Shown here: one piece after another, positions 8,745 to 13,727 of the stretch
How positions within the stretch are numbered: the stretch's first letter is position 1
Layout: each line of letters opens with the position of its first letter
NCBI RefSeq assembly: GCF_006345805.1
Contig: NW_021826076.1
Coordinates: forward strand, 1 to 13,727
Reading direction: 5' to 3'
From: Octopus sinensis
Taxonomy: Eukaryota
DNA: 13,727 bases
Position numbers and translations under genes: made by a program
The notes under the pieces: model-generated
What the model saw: the letters and a program-made list of their open reading frames with translations, nothing else
The model's database searches: none
Told to the model about the DNA's origin: nothing

Positions 8745-9046
8745 TTTTTTTTTTTCGCCCTTTTCAAGCCTAGTCAGGCTCATGGGCCCGGTTTCCCGGT
8801 TTCTGTGGCGTATGTGTTCCCCCCAGCTGGACGCGACGCCAGTCCATCGCCGAAACAGGAAGAGAGAGTGAGAGAAAGTTGTGGCGAAAGAGTACTACAG
8901 GGGTCGCCACCACTCCCTGCCGGAGCCTCGTGGGGCTTTAGGTGTTTTCTCTCAATAAACACACACAACGCCCGGTCTTGGAATCGAAACCGCGTTCCTC
9001 CGACCGCGAGCCCGCTGCCCTAACCACTGGGCCATTGCACCTCCAC
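8745..9046 (-). mobile_element. tRNA-derived SINE, copy 3 (tail type C, poly-A end, complete tRNA-like head)
   Basis: A box 9024-9034 and B box 8980-8991, with a TCG triplet in the anticodon-arm-like segment (tRNA-Arg-like; recalls the octopus OR SINE families). Poly(T) at 8745-8755 is a poly-A tail on -. Possible AT-rich TSD at 8726-8738 / 9047-9059 (one mismatch). Confidence 0.87.
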
Positions 9047-11209
9047 TTTTATTTAAAATAGTAACATGTAATTTTAGTGTGGTTTCTTTGCTATTTCTAG
9101 AAGGCAGACGGCTGCTTAGACTACGCGTCTTTTCCAATATTTCACCAATTTAGGAAAGTCATATCATATATCGAGTAAATAAATATTTAAAATGTTAGCG
9201 TGTACATACAGTTCTTTTTTTTTTTATAATATATATATATATTTTTATTTTGTGAAAAAATGCTGAAATTTAATTGCATCAGTCCGCTGAACGTCTAACT
9301 TTATGCCCGAAGTAAAATATAGATTTGATTCTTTAATTGGGAGATGTTTCGCTATCATCGGATAATTCTGTAACCCCAGTAAACATAACCTAACAGAGCC
9401 TAAGACCCATGATTTCCGATCTGTATTCCAAGCAGATGCGTGTGTATTCGAGTCTCCTGTATTCTGTAAACCATAGCTGCATAAAGTTTTAACTTTTTAA
9501 AGGACAGCATCGTTATTATCTCCATAACACTCACTCCATTGCTTGTTAAATCAGAAATTGCATACTGCTGTCCACTTAATTTATAACACAAGATGCGATG
9601 CGATAGACAAGAACATTCCAAGAAAAAAATCCACATTTGGTGTCCTTCTTAACTTCAATGTCTTCTCATTTTTACCGAACTATACAGACGTTGTACTAAT
9701 TTCTTTTTTTCGGGATTAAAATTTCGGAATTATTTATTATTTTTTTTAATCTCCTCGTCTTAGAATATCTGCAAGTGACGTAGCCTGCCTATCGAAAAGC
9801 ATGTATACATGCAGGCTGCATGATATGGAAGATTTGCTGTATAAATTGATTATGAATGATGTCTAAATGAGATATGTGTTTCACAAACCATACTCGACCG
9901 TTTCTGCTTTATATTTATGTTTTATCAGTCGTGAAGATCAATTAAGACGGAACAGTGACATACTCGGCAAGAAAGCACTTTACAGAAAGCTATTCACTAT
10001 CATATTTCTGTTTTCTTGTTTATTTTGGCATGTTTTTTGTGGCTATTTCTTTTTATTATTGTCTTCTATCTATGTATGTAAGATGTTCTCCAAGAAGGAA
10101 ATCTTGCAGAATTCGTATTAAAAAATATAGGGAGAAATAAATAAAAGATTTTTAAAATATATACATATATATGCGTATTACTGTTAGTGAAAGGAATGAT
10201 CTAAAAAAAAATAATACAACGCTACAAAAATACAAGAGGAAAGCTGGAGTAGAAAACAAATATAAAATATAACACACCATAACAGGAATGAGATATTTCT
10301 TGGCTTCATGACTGCAAAATAATGATCTTTATAGAAGCGCAGTCGGAGAAGAGACGCGGTTTTAATAGCCATGACACATTGGCCAGCTAAGATTTCTAAT
10401 CTGATTTGCAACCAACTGGTTATCACTAGCTCTCATGGGAAGTGCAACTTCCGTATCTGTTTGGTGTTTGGACAATAGCTACGAATACAATGTCCTTTCC
10501 TCATTACAGACTTCACTGCCTGCTTACACAATTTCTTTTTACTTTCTATCTGATCCGGAATCCGTCATAATTAATTGCTATCCGTTCCCTGCTTAAAGGG
10601 ATTCTCCCGACCAGATTTGTTTACTTATTTTTATACGTGTTGTTTTTTTCTATTTCATTCTATTTTTCATTTAATTAGTTTGATTAATAGTTCTGACATC
10701 TGAATATTTTTGGGCGAGAAATTCCCTGCAGACTTAATTCAGATTAAACAGATATATACTGATTAAAGTCAAACACTTCAATAGATTCCAGCCGCGAGAA
10801 AATGAATGAATATGTAAGCACATCTCTATAGATATATCTACATAGCTTATTAAGTATGATAATTAAAAAACGAAAAAGGGACTTATTATATACTGTAAAT
10901 ATATAAGGCTTTATTAAAAATCTAAGGGAGTTCTTTATTTGTATTGTGTTTCTTCTATACCCATTTGTCACCACTGATTTTTCTATTCACTTCTCAAATC
11001 TTATTTGTCGATGCAGCAAATAAGCACAACTCCTTGCTCAATTTCAAATGTGATCAAAGAAAAATGGAATCTGCAAGAATACAATGATTCGGGTGGGGGT
11101 ACTTTTCTAACACTCTTTTGTATCATGTTCGCCATCTTTGTCCCTTATTGAACCTCACTCCACCTCTAACATTGTCCTACGCTGTGAATTGTTTTCGTAA
11201 TTATACCTT

Positions 11210-11366
11210 ACACATAAACACTCACACACAGTCACACACGCACAGTTACACATACATACAGAGAGTTACACACACACACACACACAAACATATACACACA
11301 TTTATATATGTATACATTATATACACACATATGCACAAATATTCATATATATATGTATATACATAC

Positions 11367-11417
<51 letters not shown>

Positions 11418-11480
11418 ATAATGTATACATATCTATCTCTATCTATCTATCTATCTATATATTATATAATATATACACCT
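11210..11480. repeat. (CA)n-(TA)n-(TATC)n compound microsatellite
   Basis: Direct inspection; explains the spurious 130-aa ORF. Confidence 0.94.
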
Positions 11481-11553
11481 TTAGGTATATACTATAGCAC
11501 GAGCGTATAGGAATCACAATCACTTATGAACTCTCAGCTAATAAATTCGATAT

Positions 11554-11555
<2 letters not shown>

Positions 11556-11600
<45 letters not shown>
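11556..11600. repeat. Perfect (TA)n microsatellite
   Basis: Direct inspection. Confidence 0.97.
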
Positions 11601-11604
<4 letters not shown>

Positions 11605-12099
11605 ATATGTATATTAACATAAGCCTATCCCTACATTCACACAAGCAAACTCACTCACACTCTTACACAATCGAATATATATGAGAGCGAAAATGGCGTG
11701 AGAGTGAAATGCAGAGATATACTTCAATGTGCCTGTTTCATGCGTGTGTGTGTGTGTGTGTTTATAACACTTTCATGTCCACTCGCGCTTTCAACTCCAT
11801 TATTGAGTAATATTACAGCGAAGGAATAGGAACAAAAGATATAGCGAAAGCGATAATTAAGTGGGAATGTCTATAGACATCTCATACTTCCATTTAGTTC
11901 ATTTCTATAGAATCTCACTCGGGTTCTTCAAATTTACCAAAATTTCAAGGCATCATAATTTATCCGCCAATGGTATATGAATACAATGCAAATTTGGGAG
12001 AACAAGCAGCTCAACATGTCTTCCCTTCATTCTCAGCCTTTCTCTCATTCTTGCCGCCTCAACATCTCTCTTTTTATTCCTCTCCAACAAATCTGTATC

Positions 12100-12178
12100 T
12101 TCCTGTCTGTCTCGCTCTATCTCTTGCTTCCGTTCTCTGTCTTCCTTTTATTTCTCTCTGTCTGTCTCTTTCGCTTTC

Positions 12179-12215
<37 letters not shown>

Positions 12216-12226
12216 TCACACACACA
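12100..12226. repeat. CT-rich tract ending in (CT)n-(CA)n
   Basis: Direct inspection. Confidence 0.9.
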
Positions 12227-12557
12227 TTCTGCTATTTATTCTACCCTCTCTATATTCGAGATATTATATTTAAATTTGATTGAAAGTTAAGAGGATTAAA
12301 ATATTTATTGTTGAATCCTTACATGGAAATTGTATTAGTTGAGGCTAATTTTGACGACAGAAATTTGGCCTGTTCGTTCAGAGATGAAATATTTTACAAA
12401 AGTTCACTCCCATGCCATACACACATACACACACACACACACACTTCTTTGCATTGGGGAGTAATACGATGCATTAGAAAAAATTATTATTTTTGAATTT
12501 TAAATTATTAGTTAATCTGCGCAGACACACTCGTTTACATGCTGTACATATATCGTT

Positions 12558-12620
12558 ATATATATATATATATATATATATACATGTGTGTGTGAGTGTT
12601 TGTGTGAGAGAGAGAAGAGA
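12558..12620. repeat. (TA)n-(GT)n-(GA)n compound microsatellite
   Basis: Direct inspection. Confidence 0.92.
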
Positions 12621-12694
12621 AAGATCGATGGAGAGAGAAATAAGTGGCTAATAAAAAATATGATTGCTTGTAATCTAGAATACAAATAATTATA

Positions 12695-12810
12695 AGTCGA
12701 TTAACAGACCGATATTACTTATTTTATCGACATCGGAAACAATAAAAAGCGAAGTCAACTGCATTGGAGTTTGAAGTCGGAGTTTAAATATCTGTATCGA
12801 AATAGGTCAA
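12695..12810 (-). mobile_element. Degraded Meta-like SINE relic
   Basis: AGTCGATTA..TACTTATTTTATCGAC..ATAAAAAGCGAAGTCAAC..GGAGTTTGAAGTCGGA is collinear with the unit at 6959-7055. Confidence 0.6.
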
Positions 12811-13005
12811 TACATTTTATGTGCTGATATCATAAATACACCATCCACAATTATACAGATAATAGTTGTTCATATTCGAACTTGGTATCTTTTCCCAGCT
12901 ATTTTTCCTCTCTTGTTTTTTGTTCTTTTTGAATTTAAAATTCCTGCCGAGATTAACTTTAATTTTCATACATCTGGAGTCAAGATGTAATATAGTCTTC
13001 CCACT

Positions 13006-13060
13006 TTCTCTCTCTGTCTCTGTCTCTATCTCTCTCTCTCTCTCTTCCTTTCTCTGCCTC
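13006..13060. repeat. (CT)n-rich microsatellite
   Basis: Direct inspection. Confidence 0.9.
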
Positions 13061-13593
13061 CATATATCTCCCTTACGTTCTCTTTTACTCTCTATGACTC
13101 TATCGCTCTCAGAATCGGTCGCACTATAAGAAAGATATCGAGAGGGAATCTATGGTATTCCTGTATCCTTGTCCTTCGTTTCAAGCTCTACCACAGCGGA
13201 AGCGCATAATTACCTTGGATTAGGCAAATTAAAGTCCGTCATGACTATAACCAATTAAACTGCCCATAATAATCTACTTTATTATTCTAACTCACAGAAG
13301 AAGAATACAAAATTGAAATTACTGTAAGTATATAGTATTAACATTAGCGATCTTAAATAGCTTAACAGTATTTGTTTGTGCTAAGGATCCACATGCACCA
13401 AATTAATACGAAAACGTAGCGTGTTAAAACACAGTGGCAGCACTGATATGAGAAAGAGAAATGTACCAGGTGTCCTTTGGTGTAATGGTCGTCTGGAATA
13501 AAACAAATGGTTAGTTGGATTCCTGTGACTCGTTCTGCACATATTCTTCTGTGGAAGATTCATTCTTATTAATTATGGGATTTAATTAAAAGA

Positions 13594-13727
13594 CTAGTAC
13601 TATGACCCGGCGTTGCCGGGTCTAGTGTTAGTACTTGTTGTTCGTTGCCGGGTCACAGTAAAGAGTTCTCACTAAATCAAGAGCTAAGTTTCTTATCACA
13701 TTTCAGCCCGGGCCAGTTTTGCTGTTT
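13594..13727 (-). mobile_element. Helitron-like 3' terminus; the element probably continues beyond the window
   Basis: Minus strand GACCCGGC-AAC-GCCGGGTC is a perfect 8-bp GC-rich hairpin (13604-13622), followed 6 nt later by CTAG and then T (13593). This is the canonical Helitron hairpin plus CTRR|T end. Confidence 0.62.

Noticed and set aside
8975-9046. Possible tRNA-Arg gene
   Set aside because: No acceptor stem pairing, and it continues into a SINE body shared with two other copies.
9400-9636. 78-aa ATG-initiated minus-strand ORF
   Set aside because: No recognisable motif, and the length is compatible with chance.
11118-12290. ORFs of 98-130 aa
   Set aside because: Held open by stop-free (CA)n, (TA)n and (CT)n tracts.

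Overview
AT-rich, microsatellite-dense eukaryotic non-coding DNA (intergenic or intronic). The repeats resemble octopus/cephalopod families; this is recalled and not verified by a search. No host gene exon can be supported. The only real protein-coding signal is a 5'-truncated, frameshifted CR1-group LINE reverse transcriptase (2661-4278, +). Also present: three tRNA-derived SINEs with a shared head and core but three unrelated tails; a trimeric Meta-domain-like SINE and degraded relatives; a SINE-like element whose 3' tail matches the LINE's 3' end; a Helitron-like terminus at the right edge; and two hammerhead-ribozyme-like motifs (1283-1317 on -, 4780-4809 on +) in short non-coding elements bordered by microsatellites (Penelope-like/retrozyme-like). 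The hammerhead elements and the tail-swapping SINEs are the most interesting candidates. Almost all other ORFs in the track are microsatellite or SINE artefacts.
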